64,000 bases of DNA from an uncultured virus (IMG/VR IMGVR_UViG_2558309035_000001) (lineage: Duplodnaviria > Heunggongvirae > Uroviricota > Caudoviricetes), in IMG/VR virus record IMGVR_UViG_2558309035_000001, one strand, 5' to 3'. Both the position numbers and the translations under genes were made by a program. The stretch's first letter is position 1, and each line of letters begins with the position of its first letter. The notes under the pieces are model-generated. The model ran no database searches. It was not told where the DNA came from and worked only from the letters and a program-made list of their open reading frames with translations. This document shows positions 20,236 to 30,153 of this stretch, piece by piece.

Positions 20236-21423
20236 ATGAGCCACTTTTCGACGAGTTTTGACACAGAATTGGACACAAAAAAAATCTTTGTGACAATCAA
20301 AACCAAATTTATCCTTAGGGATTACGTAAACCAAAGCGGTAAAAGTCCGCTATATATGTTCATTAGCTCCCCTGGAGACCGCAAAAGACCTAAAACAGAG
20401 CTTGAATTCTACCCTAAAGACTGGGACCAGAAAACTGAACGGGTAAAATCTACCGCTCATAATTCCGAGACCTATAATCTTATTCTTGAAAATTTAGAAG
20501 CCAAGGTTTCTAAAATTAAAACGGTGTACTTACTAAATGAAAAACCGCTGACAGCCACAAAACTTGCAGAAGAACTAAAAGAGACCACCGAACGTGTAGA
20601 TTTCAAGATATTCTTTAAAAAACAACTAGCGAAAGAAGCTAAATTATATAGCAAAGGCTATTTGAAACGGATGAATACGGTTCTTAATAAACTTCAGAAG
20701 TACCCCCATGAGATAATGTTCTCTGATATTACTCCTGAATTCGAAAACAAGTACAGAATATATCTGGCATCGAAAGGAAATATTTCGACAACCGTTAACT
20801 CGAATCTAGCAACAATTAAAAAGTTTCTCTTAAAAGCCCAGAAAGCAGGTATTAAATTACCAATAGAAGCTACAGATGTTAAAGTTGGTAGAACCCACGG
20901 CAACCGCATGGACCTAAAACCGCATGAGCTTGAGCGATTTTACAAGTATTATTTTTCTGAATTCATCACAGATGAATGGAAATTGATACTCGGTTACTTT
21001 TTATTTTCATGCTTTACCAGTATTAGATGGGGCAATATCATGGATTTAAAACGGCAAGATATTATCGAGCATCGCTTTGTTCGCTTTCACGTAAGCAAAA
21101 CGAACAATTTACAGACAATTATCATAAATGAAAAGGCACTCAATATTGTTTCTCACCATCCTCAATTGTTCGTGAATGAAATAAGTGATGTTCATATGAA
21201 CCGAGAAATCAAAAAAATTGCCAAACATTTAGGCTATAACCATAAGATAAGCTTCCATGTTGCCCGACATACTTTTGCTACCAATTTTATTCGCATGAAG
21301 GGCGGTTTAATGAAGCTCAAAGAAATTATGGGGCATTCAGATATAAAGACCACCATGATCTACGTACATATTGTAGAACAAGAAGCCAATGAAGACATGG
21401 CTTTGATGGATAAACTATTTTAG
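20236..21423 (+). CDS. int: Phage tyrosine integrase (true start may be GTG at 20290, after the arm repeats)
   Basis: Arm domain GKSPLY; FSCFTSIRWGNI, SFHVARHTFAT, MGHSDIKTTMIY. Confidence 0.93.
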   Translation: MSHFSTSFDTELDTKKIFVTIKTKFILRDYVNQSGKSPLYMFISSPGDRKRPKTELEFYPKDWDQKTERVKSTAHNSETYNLILENLEAKVSKIKTVYLLNEKPLTATKLAEELKETTERVDFKIFFKKQLAKEAKLYSKGYLKRMNTVLNKLQKYPHEIMFSDITPEFENKYRIYLASKGNISTTVNSNLATIKKFLLKAQKAGIKLPIEATDVKVGRTHGNRMDLKPHELERFYKYYFSEFITDEWKLILGYFLFSCFTSIRWGNIMDLKRQDIIEHRFVRFHVSKTNNLQTIIINEKALNIVSHHPQLFVNEISDVHMNREIKKIAKHLGYNHKISFHVARHTFATNFIRMKGGLMKLKEIMGHSDIKTTMIYVHIVEQEANEDMALMDKLF

Positions 21424-23295
21424 GCTCTCCAGTTCCAACTCCACTTGAAACACATCTTTACCCGGCAAATTCACCTTATTAAGCGTTTTAATAAGGTGAA
21501 AATTGTTGTACATGAACACCTTATCATAAGTGGTAACTCCCTGCATTCGTTGTTTAGCTACATTAAATTGTGTGGTGAACCCTTGTGAACGCAAACGGAA
21601 CGATAGCCATTTGCTCCAATGATTCTCATAAACAGCAGGTAACATGACATCGGTATCTTCTTGTGCAATATTATCGATACCTGTAGCACCATTATATAAC
21701 ACGGTACAGAAATCGCTCTTACCGTCGTTCACCGCCAATGCCGTGGTAACATCGCCCCTATACACCAATGGCAATGGTATTGCATCTATATCAATTTCGT
21801 TGGTCTTATCATCTGTAGTAAAACCTGAAGTCTGTACACCATCGATATCTACGAACAATTGTCCCCTGGTATAATTTTCATTGTCCACATCTTTAAATTG
21901 CAACAAAAAAGAATCTCCCTGATCATATCTTCTACGCGGCTCACGCAAATTGAAATTACCGAAATCAATTGCCTCACTGACATTCAATTGAGGTTCTATG
22001 TAATTCATATGCACCTCATTACCATAGATGCGGAAATCCATATTCTTCCAATTCTTTACCATTTTCACCAGCTCACCAAACGTTTTATCAGGAACACAAT
22101 GGGTAAGGTCGAGCTTTTCGGTCGTAATCAATGGTGGAATCAAATCACCGTTCTCATCGTAAATAGCCAATGGTGTAATTGTTAAGTCTACCATATTCAA
22201 TTGGCGGTCTACCTGATCATTGGTGAATCCGTAATTAATTTGGTTCGATTCTATGATTAACTTATCATTTAAATTATCGACATCGATTACCAGATCCACA
22301 TATTTTATTTTCTCTGAAAACCCCGACCGCAACAATCCTTCATACGCCCGCCACATCTGAGCATTTTTAAAATATATTTTTGCTTCTGCCTCAGAATCAT
22401 CTCTACGTAAATAAATATTACCGGTAATTTTATATCTACCTCTTTTCGGAAAAGTATATTCATGCTCGTACCTGCCCAAAGTAGTAGTAATTGAACTAGC
22501 ACTTAAAAAACCGAAGGTATAACGCTGTTGATACAAGTTTTGGTATTCATCTGTAGTGGTTACATACTCTTCACCCTCTATTCTAGCATTGATATATTCT
22601 TCAGCTTCTTTGACGAAAACAATTTTCAACAATTCTGGATCGGTCAATACATCACCCTTCAGTTCATAACCAGCATCTTGAAAACCTGCTATCAATACAT
22701 GCATGAGATAGGGAAAGGGTATCATGATATTTCTGTTGTAGGTAAGGTCTTCGGCAACATCAAATTCGTTCAATAAAAACACCCCTGCTTTTCTATTGTT
22801 GATGATACCTTCAAAACCTAACCACCTATCTTCCTCCGCATTGAAACTATCTGTATGCACTTGTACAAAATTATAGTTGACCGCCGGATAGGTCTGCGTT
22901 ATAATACCCTCTGCATGGTCAAATAACGATTCGCCAAGCTCTTGCTTCTGTAACGGCAATTCGCTTAGCCTGGTATCCCAATTAGGAAACTCATCCAAGC
23001 CGTAGCTAATTTCTATAGTAGCGGTTTTACCTTTTACATCTTTAATCTCCAACACAGCCTCTTCATGACCGCCGTCAATAAAGAAATATCCGTTGTATAC
23101 AGTCACCGGCGATTCAATATTATAATCTAAAATGCCGCCAAAATAACGATTGATTTCATCGGTTATCTTTAGCTCGAACGGAAAGGTATATTTGGTAAAG
23201 AAATCATCTGAAAACCATTGGTTCTCCTCTACCCTATCTATTTGATAACTGGTTAGGTCCAGCATAAAATTATCGTGGATAAACTTTTGCATCAT
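21415..23295 (-). CDS. Phage tail tip/baseplate-hub-like protein
   Basis: 626 aa, last gene of the tail operon; positional call. Confidence 0.65.
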   Translation of the reverse strand: MMQKFIHDNFMLDLTSYQIDRVEENQWFSDDFFTKYTFPFELKITDEINRYFGGILDYNIESPVTVYNGYFFIDGGHEEAVLEIKDVKGKTATIEISYGLDEFPNWDTRLSELPLQKQELGESLFDHAEGIITQTYPAVNYNFVQVHTDSFNAEEDRWLGFEGIINNRKAGVFLLNEFDVAEDLTYNRNIMIPFPYLMHVLIAGFQDAGYELKGDVLTDPELLKIVFVKEAEEYINARIEGEEYVTTTDEYQNLYQQRYTFGFLSASSITTTLGRYEHEYTFPKRGRYKITGNIYLRRDDSEAEAKIYFKNAQMWRAYEGLLRSGFSEKIKYVDLVIDVDNLNDKLIIESNQINYGFTNDQVDRQLNMVDLTITPLAIYDENGDLIPPLITTEKLDLTHCVPDKTFGELVKMVKNWKNMDFRIYGNEVHMNYIEPQLNVSEAIDFGNFNLREPRRRYDQGDSFLLQFKDVDNENYTRGQLFVDIDGVQTSGFTTDDKTNEIDIDAIPLPLVYRGDVTTALAVNDGKSDFCTVLYNGATGIDNIAQEDTDVMLPAVYENHWSKWLSFRLRSQGFTTQFNVAKQRMQGVTTYDKVFMYNNFHLIKTLNKVNLPGKDVFQVELELESLK

Positions 23296-25006
23296 TGTCT
23301 GGGTTAATAGTGAATTCTATATCATAAGCATAGGTTGCCTGGTCGCTATCATAATTTGACAGCTTTTTACCTTGTGGTACCAGAGCAATCTTGTAATCGG
23401 TATTCGGCAAGAACAGCCACACCCGTTTACTACGCATAAGACTATCGAGCAACACATGGTTGTCCTTTAATATCCAGCCGGTATTCGCTACCAATGGTTG
23501 TGATTTATCCGTCTGCAGTATTTCTTTTACGTTCACCAGATTTTTATAAACGTTATTCTCTATACGTTCATATTCCGTTTCAATCGAATACCCGCCCGTA
23601 AATTCCAACAGATCCAACTGTTCATGTTCCGTAACCCAAGCGAGATGATACGATTCTTTGTTTTCGGGAAATACATAGAAACGGCGTTCAAAGAATCCTT
23701 CATTCTCATTTTCAATTTTCAAGTAGACCAAATCGCCAGGCTTATAGGTATGAAAGCTGAATATCATGCCAAATACACTATCATTAACGGTATCGTGAAC
23801 TATGTTTCTTTTCAGCACTCCGTTAACATGCACCTCTATATTATGTACACCGCTACGTTTTATAAAGTTTATGATGCCATAACTATTAGGCGTAACACGC
23901 ACTGGATAATCACTGAGCATAACCCCTGCATCATTGGCAAATTGATTGGGCTTGGTACCTTTTACAAACAAAAGGTTATTGATTTCCTTTGTCTCCACTA
24001 AACCGCCATCTGAATAGTTGCGTTGCTCCATTGAGATATCCAAACTTGCAGGTGTATAATAATCAAAAGGTTTATCTACCCTACTTTCTAAATCGGCAGG
24101 TATAAACTGTTCAATATCGGTAAGGCTATCCATAATACTATGAATAAATTCCCCCGGATGGAATTCTGCCTGACCGTTAAAAATTGGTATATGCTGCGGA
24201 TATTCGGTCACCGTTGCCACATCCTTAAAATTATACCAGGTAAGCCCTAGCACGGCACGAAGATACACCCCGGTATTTTTCGTAGCCAAATTAACGAATA
24301 GCTGATCTTTGGTAAAGTTAATTTTGTTGGGCTGCAGCTCCGTGAATGAATTTGCCTTGATGGTGTAGGTAACCGGAACAACTACCGTACCTTCATCTGA
24401 TGTCAGTTTAATTTCACCGGAATACACACCAGGCGAAAAGTTTTCTGAATCTGCAGGGTCTATCAAACCCGAAAAGGAACTGCCCAACACACCCGACACC
24501 CTATTGATGGTTAACCAACCCGATATCTCGTACGTGTACGGCAATGGCGAACTGATACGTATTGCCTGAGACGGCGATTCCTCCACGCCTTGAATAGCCT
24601 CAAAACTAAAAGAAGATGGCACCACCTTTATTTCTCTACTATCTAACACCGAAACGACCGTTTCCACTATTTTAGTACCATCAAAAGTAACTACCGAAAT
24701 GGCATAACTCTGATTACGGGCACCGTTGTTCTCAATAGATCGATCTAAACCAACGTTTATCGTTTTTATGCCCGAGCCACTTTTAATATTAATATCTCGC
24801 GTACTACGATCAATGAGTCCGCTGCCATTTACAATCAACTCTTTGGCATATTTTATGGTATAATTACCCGTATCGTTTATCACCACCTCTTGGGTTGCCG
24901 GCAACGCCTCACCAATAACATGTTCAAAATAAAGCTCAGTAGGTTTCACGTAAACAGCACTAGGTGCTACCACCGTAAGTTCAATGGGTAATACAATTCT
25001 ATCCAT
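23270..25006 (-). CDS. Tail protein with Ig-like (BACON-like) repeats
   Basis: PSSFSFEAIQG...WLTI...PGVYSGEIKLT; downstream of the tape measure gene. Confidence 0.65.
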   Translation of the reverse strand: MDRIVLPIELTVVAPSAVYVKPTELYFEHVIGEALPATQEVVINDTGNYTIKYAKELIVNGSGLIDRSTRDINIKSGSGIKTINVGLDRSIENNGARNQSYAISVVTFDGTKIVETVVSVLDSREIKVVPSSFSFEAIQGVEESPSQAIRISSPLPYTYEISGWLTINRVSGVLGSSFSGLIDPADSENFSPGVYSGEIKLTSDEGTVVVPVTYTIKANSFTELQPNKINFTKDQLFVNLATKNTGVYLRAVLGLTWYNFKDVATVTEYPQHIPIFNGQAEFHPGEFIHSIMDSLTDIEQFIPADLESRVDKPFDYYTPASLDISMEQRNYSDGGLVETKEINNLLFVKGTKPNQFANDAGVMLSDYPVRVTPNSYGIINFIKRSGVHNIEVHVNGVLKRNIVHDTVNDSVFGMIFSFHTYKPGDLVYLKIENENEGFFERRFYVFPENKESYHLAWVTEHEQLDLLEFTGGYSIETEYERIENNVYKNLVNVKEILQTDKSQPLVANTGWILKDNHVLLDSLMRSKRVWLFLPNTDYKIALVPQGKKLSNYDSDQATYAYDIEFTINPDNDAKVYPR

Positions 25007-25869
25007 TAACCCCTACTACCTGTACGAGCATCTATGCCCGAAACTTGAAAACCGACATTGGCGCTATACTTACCGGGATCGATCAACTGAAAATTGACAA
25101 AAGAAATATTAAGTGTCTGATCTAATGGATTACCACTAATTTGATGCACTGTATTGCCACCAATATCTGCACTAAAAAAAGGAGAAATCAATCCGTTACC
25201 TTTACCAATATTGCTTATAACTTCAACCTGATAATCGGAATAATTCGAAAATTTATCATCGGTCTTATAATTTTTAATAATGGTAGCGACATCTATGTCG
25301 GCAGGAACCGCCTCACCTTGTGTCCATCTCACATTTACCTTATTTGGACTAAACAGCCACGATTGGTTGTATAGCACCGTACTGCCCGGATTAAATATTT
25401 GATCATAGTTATGCACCATTGGCGGTGTACCAATTGCCAAATCTCCCGATGGTTGATAATACGTTAACAGGTTTGCTGGTATTTCATCTCGCTCTTGCAT
25501 TTCTATACCATAACGCACCTCTCTATTTAAAACAGTGGTAATCAACCATATTTCTATATATACATTACCGGTAAGCACTACCTGAATTACTTCTTTATAG
25601 GCGATAATACCTGAAGGAGACAACAAACTTGACAACCTACCCACCAAAAAAGCATACATATCTTCATCTGTAGTTACAAAAGAAATATTTCTAATATTCT
25701 TATTTTCGGTGGGCACTTGCAAATATGAAGCCGCTGCACCAGATAACACAAAAGCTTCGTTTGTTGTAACCAAACCAAATTTAACTTGCAACGCTTCTAT
25801 TATCTTATTACAAGCAGTTGTAGCCGCTGCAGATTCAAAAATTGAATTATTATATGCGTTATACCCCAT
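25006..25869 (-). CDS. Tail-associated protein; probably the N-terminal part of 23270-25006
   Basis: Follows the tape measure gene; an Ig-like domain is split across the junction. Confidence 0.6.
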   Translation of the reverse strand: MGYNAYNNSIFESAAATTACNKIIEALQVKFGLVTTNEAFVLSGAAASYLQVPTENKNIRNISFVTTDEDMYAFLVGRLSSLLSPSGIIAYKEVIQVVLTGNVYIEIWLITTVLNREVRYGIEMQERDEIPANLLTYYQPSGDLAIGTPPMVHNYDQIFNPGSTVLYNQSWLFSPNKVNVRWTQGEAVPADIDVATIIKNYKTDDKFSNYSDYQVEVISNIGKGNGLISPFFSADIGGNTVHQISGNPLDQTLNISFVNFQLIDPGKYSANVGFQVSGIDARTGSRG

Positions 25870-28800
25870 TACTTTTTGTTTTTATTTCTGAGTTTGTTGT
25901 AATCGTTTATATCTTCCTGTAAATCTTTGGCGGTACGGAAACTACGTACCAAGAACGCCTCAATACCTTCTCTCTGAATCCTGTCCAACACCTCATTGGT
26001 ACGTGCCAATGTTGCCATTAGCATTACATCGTTGCTACCAGAAGACGATGCCTGAGATCCTTCATTTTGATAATACCCACCTTCATACCCTTTTACACGG
26101 GCGATTTCTCTGTACAATGAATTTTTAAATTCTGGATTGAAATTTTTGAACGCCCTACCGTCGATAATCATTTCCGGGAAATCTTTACCGCCCTCACCTG
26201 CCAAGAAATATTTTGGCTGGTCTACCAACTGGGTAGAAGGCTTGCCACCGTAACCGGCATTGAATACTTTACCATCTTGTTCACGTTGCACGGGCATATT
26301 GCCATAATACCCCATTTCATAGCCTTTAGCGGGTAACGGTGTAGCAGCTACCATACCCGCCTGTAAGAGTCCGAGTCCGCCAACGAACGCCGTCATAAGA
26401 CCTGCAGAAATACCAAAATCGAATTTCGGTACCTGTGCCCATATACCCATAATAGCAGCTGCGGTATTGATCGCAATATTCGCCAGAGCCTGCACCTTGT
26501 TTCTTTTCGCCTGTTGATATTCTGCCTCTGCCCTACGAGCCTCAGTTTCCTGTTCTATAGCACGTACACTTTCATTATACTGGCGTTGGTTTACATAGCC
26601 CGATTCTAGATTACGCTCTAGGGCATCTTTCTTTTTTTGCTGTGCCTTTTCGAAATTGGCAAGCTCTATCTGTGTTTTGTTATTTACAAAATCGTTATAC
26701 TGTCCAAAGGCATTGCTCATTGCTGTAGCAACCACAACTGCAGCCTGCATTTTTTCGTTAACGGTATCGAGACTATCAAAGGTTTCGCTCCATTGTTGGG
26801 GCGTAAAGCCAAATATATCGGTACTTTCAAAACTTTGCGCCAACGAATTACCGGCATCAACATCACTTTCAGAGCCTGCACTGGGTTTACCCAGCGCTGC
26901 CTTGGCAACTCCAATTTCAGAAAGCTTTAAGATAAGGTCATCGGCAAGCGACTCAAACACCTGTATTTGCTCAGGCGTCAACAAATCTAGATTTACACCG
27001 CCAAAATAACCACTATCCTTAATCTCATCGACAATGCGCAAGAGCTCTTGCAACTGCTTTTCTTCTTCGACCAGCTCTCGCTTGTTGTAATCTTCTTGAA
27101 GGGCAAGTTTCTTTTTCTCGTTATCGCCCAAGGCGGCAAGCTGTTGGTTGTGCTGTACCAATCGCAATTGCTTTTCGCGCTCATAGCCATCGCCCAGTTT
27201 TTCAATACGATCCTGTATGCCGTTCTCTACAATGGTACCAACCTTTAGGTTGTTGATTTCGTTCTGTACGGCAATCTGCCTATTGATTTCGGCATTGACC
27301 TCTGTAGCGCCTGCGGTCCCTGTCTGTTTTTGCGACTGCAGATCGGCAATTTTACGCTCATGGGCAATACGCTGTAGCTCCAGTTCTTTTAAATAGCTAT
27401 CTGATATGAGTTCAAGACGAGCATCTTCTGTCTCGCGCTGAAAATCAAGTAATGACTTTCGGGCTTCTTTTTGGGCAGGTGTACCACCTGAGGGTGTTTT
27501 AAACTTATCGCCATTATCCAACCCGCCTGCATTGAACGTGCCTAATAACGGACCCGCTGCAGCTTCATCTCCGTTATTGGTCTTGAAGAGGTTATCTACA
27601 TCGGCTTCAGAGAAATTAAGTTCTTTTAATTGTACCAAGAATTCGGCAACACGTTCTTTCTGTGTTTCGATATCATCGGATAATTTGATATAAGCAGTAG
27701 AAACTTTATTGAGTTCTTGTACTTCTGGCAACCCTCTTTGAAAATCATCTTGAGGAACGGTAGTGCCGAACGGTGCCAATGCTTTTCTAGCCAACCTGGT
27801 TCTACCTTCTAATGTAGGCTGCAATGCTTTTTGTCTTTGCTCTAAAAGTTTAATCTCATCTTGAGCACCTTTTAAACGACTGGCAATGGTAGCGGCATCT
27901 TCATCTGCAGCAAAGCGCTTTAATTTTATCTGTTCCCGTACCGCCTCGGTATTTAAGGTAAGCGCACCTGTCTCTTTATCGATGGCAATAACCGAATCGC
28001 CCAGGTTATCGGACAATATCAAGGTAATTTCGTCCAATCTTTTCTTCGATTCGGTGGTGGGGTCCACACCTTCATCCATCAAAGCTTCATACTCTTCTAA
28101 TAAATCGGAACTAGATTCAGCCAATGCCCTGTTCGCCTTGGTATTCTCAAAAAGCTGTTTGCTTTCTTTATCAAAAGCTTCGTTCAAATCATCGGCAATA
28201 CCTAATAAATCAGCAAGGCTCATGATGAGACCTTTCACGCCCCCAACTATGGGACCGCTAACAAAAATACCCATGAAATATTTCTGCAACTTATCTAAGG
28301 TAGCGGCAAAATTGGTATTCTTAATATTGTATTCATTAACGAGCGAAGTACCCTCGCGCATAGCATCGTTACTAAGGTTTAGCAAACCCCTGAACCTATC
28401 TGTATTACTGGACAGGGCACCCAACACTTTATTGGCACCGTCTGCCTGTACGCCCAAATAATTTAAGGTCTCGGCGGTATCGGTAGCGTTCATACCATCT
28501 AGCCCCTCTGCAAATTTGATCATGAACTCCAACGGGTCATCGTTAATGAGTCTTGCCACTTCATCTGCAGTAATACCCATTACCTCGCCAAACTTTTCGG
28601 TATTGGTAGCCGCTTGGTTCAAGAGAATACTATAGGCACGCCCGGCAATTTCCGCTTGAATACCGCTTTCCTCAAAACCTGCACCCAATGCCAGCGCATC
28701 TGCAATGCTCGGTTTTAGCGCATCTGGCAACGAACCTACACGGGTAGCAAAATTGGCAATATTACTCTCTGTAGCCACACCATTTGCACCAAGCTCATTA

Positions 28801-29681
28801 ATGGCACTACCTATGGCATTGTAAGCTTCATCGACACTTTGTTCTTTGGTCTCCTTGAACAGCAACTTTAGTTTACCGAGTTTAGAAGCCGTTTCTTCTA
28901 CCCCACCAGGGAAAGAATCGCCCAAAGCAACAACCGCTTTATCCATAACTTCGACAAAATCTTCAATTTCATCTTTGGCGATACCGATACGACCACCCTC
29001 TTCGGCAATCTTTAATTTGTTGATACGACTGGTACGGCTATCCAAAGCCCCAAAGGACTTGGTAAGTTCGTCTACTTCTTCTTTGTTAAGCCCCGTAGTT
29101 TTTTGCACATCTGACTGGGCATCTGACAGTTTACCGTTGATGTCTATCAACTTTTGCATACTGAATACCAAACCGGTAACCGTAGCAATGGCAGATGCAC
29201 CAAGTGCAGCGTATTTATTGAAGCCGTTGGCGAGACTGCCCAAAGAGAACTGAGATGCCTTGCTTTGATTACGAAGCTCAGATAATCTGGTATTGACCGC
29301 CCCTAATTCAGTATTGAACTTTTTAAATTGAGCGGAGCCCGGCACCATGTTATGCAACTGCAACCGAAGTTCTGCAGCTTTCTTTTTTAATTGCGCCATG
29401 GTCAACCCCGTAACACCTATCTGTTCTTGCAAGGCTTTCATTTGCGCCTTGTTAGATTTGATTACGGCATTGTTCTGTTTGATCTCTGCAGACAATGCCT
29501 TATATGCCGCACTGCTCTTTTGCCCAGATGCTACAAGCTTAGCCTGTTCTGCTCGGAGTTCTTTGTTACGACTGGTTAGGTCTCTGGTAGATTTTTCGAG
29601 GTCGTAGAGTTCTTTTTGTGCCTTATCGCCATTGACCACAATGGTGAACCTCATTTCTTCGTCTACGATACGTTTAGCCAT
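25869..29681 (-). CDS. Tail tape measure protein
   Basis: 1270-aa coiled-coil, Ala-rich protein with a TP901-type core (SDVQKTTGL...AEEGGRIGIA) and C-terminal AGEGG..PEMII. Confidence 0.92.
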   Translation of the reverse strand: MAKRIVDEEMRFTIVVNGDKAQKELYDLEKSTRDLTSRNKELRAEQAKLVASGQKSSAAYKALSAEIKQNNAVIKSNKAQMKALQEQIGVTGLTMAQLKKKAAELRLQLHNMVPGSAQFKKFNTELGAVNTRLSELRNQSKASQFSLGSLANGFNKYAALGASAIATVTGLVFSMQKLIDINGKLSDAQSDVQKTTGLNKEEVDELTKSFGALDSRTSRINKLKIAEEGGRIGIAKDEIEDFVEVMDKAVVALGDSFPGGVEETASKLGKLKLLFKETKEQSVDEAYNAIGSAINELGANGVATESNIANFATRVGSLPDALKPSIADALALGAGFEESGIQAEIAGRAYSILLNQAATNTEKFGEVMGITADEVARLINDDPLEFMIKFAEGLDGMNATDTAETLNYLGVQADGANKVLGALSSNTDRFRGLLNLSNDAMREGTSLVNEYNIKNTNFAATLDKLQKYFMGIFVSGPIVGGVKGLIMSLADLLGIADDLNEAFDKESKQLFENTKANRALAESSSDLLEEYEALMDEGVDPTTESKKRLDEITLILSDNLGDSVIAIDKETGALTLNTEAVREQIKLKRFAADEDAATIASRLKGAQDEIKLLEQRQKALQPTLEGRTRLARKALAPFGTTVPQDDFQRGLPEVQELNKVSTAYIKLSDDIETQKERVAEFLVQLKELNFSEADVDNLFKTNNGDEAAAGPLLGTFNAGGLDNGDKFKTPSGGTPAQKEARKSLLDFQRETEDARLELISDSYLKELELQRIAHERKIADLQSQKQTGTAGATEVNAEINRQIAVQNEINNLKVGTIVENGIQDRIEKLGDGYEREKQLRLVQHNQQLAALGDNEKKKLALQEDYNKRELVEEEKQLQELLRIVDEIKDSGYFGGVNLDLLTPEQIQVFESLADDLILKLSEIGVAKAALGKPSAGSESDVDAGNSLAQSFESTDIFGFTPQQWSETFDSLDTVNEKMQAAVVVATAMSNAFGQYNDFVNNKTQIELANFEKAQQKKKDALERNLESGYVNQRQYNESVRAIEQETEARRAEAEYQQAKRNKVQALANIAINTAAAIMGIWAQVPKFDFGISAGLMTAFVGGLGLLQAGMVAATPLPAKGYEMGYYGNMPVQREQDGKVFNAGYGGKPSTQLVDQPKYFLAGEGGKDFPEMIIDGRAFKNFNPEFKNSLYREIARVKGYEGGYYQNEGSQASSSGSNDVMLMATLARTNEVLDRIQREGIEAFLVRSFRTAKDLQEDINDYNKLRNKNKK

Positions 29682-29697
29682 TACTAATTGCTTTCAG

Positions 29698-29738
29698 CAA
29701 GTTTAGCCAAATGCAATTGCCTTTCATGTAACATGAAG
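29698..29738 (-). promoter_or_regulatory. Late promoter motif CTTCATGTTACA-N21-TAAACTTG upstream of the tape measure gene
   Basis: One of five same-spacing copies, all upstream of late minus-strand operons. Confidence 0.65.
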
Positions 29739-29778
29739 AAGCCCCGATGTCTTCGACTACGCTCAGACACCGGGGCTT
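29739..29778. terminator. Hairpin containing a REP-like core CTTCGACTACGCTCAG
   Basis: AAGCCCCG...CGGGGCTT stem downstream of the 56-aa ORF. Confidence 0.5.
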
Positions 29779-29799
29779 AAAATTTAACTTATAAGTTAA

Positions 29800-29970
29800 C
29801 TATTCTACTTCTATAAAGTTCATGGTCAACTTATGTTCTATGTAGCGGTCATCATCAACGAGGACCAATAGGTTTTGTTCTTTTTGTTCCCAAAGGCTAT
29901 CGCTATCGATAACTTCACCGTCATCTGTATAAATGGTATCGGTGTTTCTAAAGAATGTTTTGTTTGACAT
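29800..29970 (-). CDS. 56-aa acidic small protein not in the ORF track (MSNKTFFRNTDTIYTDDGEVIDS...)
   Basis: ATG to TAG ORF directly after the structured leader and before a hairpin. Confidence 0.55.
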   Translation of the reverse strand: MSNKTFFRNTDTIYTDDGEVIDSDSLWEQKEQNLLVLVDDDRYIEHKLTMNFIEVE

Positions 29971-30104
29971 AGTATAATTCGACGGCGGAAGGCGCTGTCA
30001 GGTTACACATGCATAATGCGAAGATATAGACCCCCGACCCTTACGGGTTACGGACGCCTTCCGGTAAATATTCAGTTTAAAAAACTGCATGTGTAATTCG
30101 ACAA
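29971..30104 (-). ncRNA. C4-like structured RNA leader
   Basis: TTACACATGCA/TGCATGTGTAA and CGGAAGGCG/CGCCTTCCG complementary pairs; GTCGAATTA occurs twice; -7-like TATCTTCG at 30107-30114. Confidence 0.5.
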
Positions 30105-30153
30105 GGCGAAGATAGGAAAGTAATTCCTATAAGAAAATATGTAGATTAATTTA

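Noticed and set aside
27886..29607. Long plus-strand ORFs antisense to the tape-measure gene (and similar ones opposite the capsid, primase and terminase genes)
   Set aside because: Shadow ORFs of long genes; Ser-rich, with no motifs or expression signals
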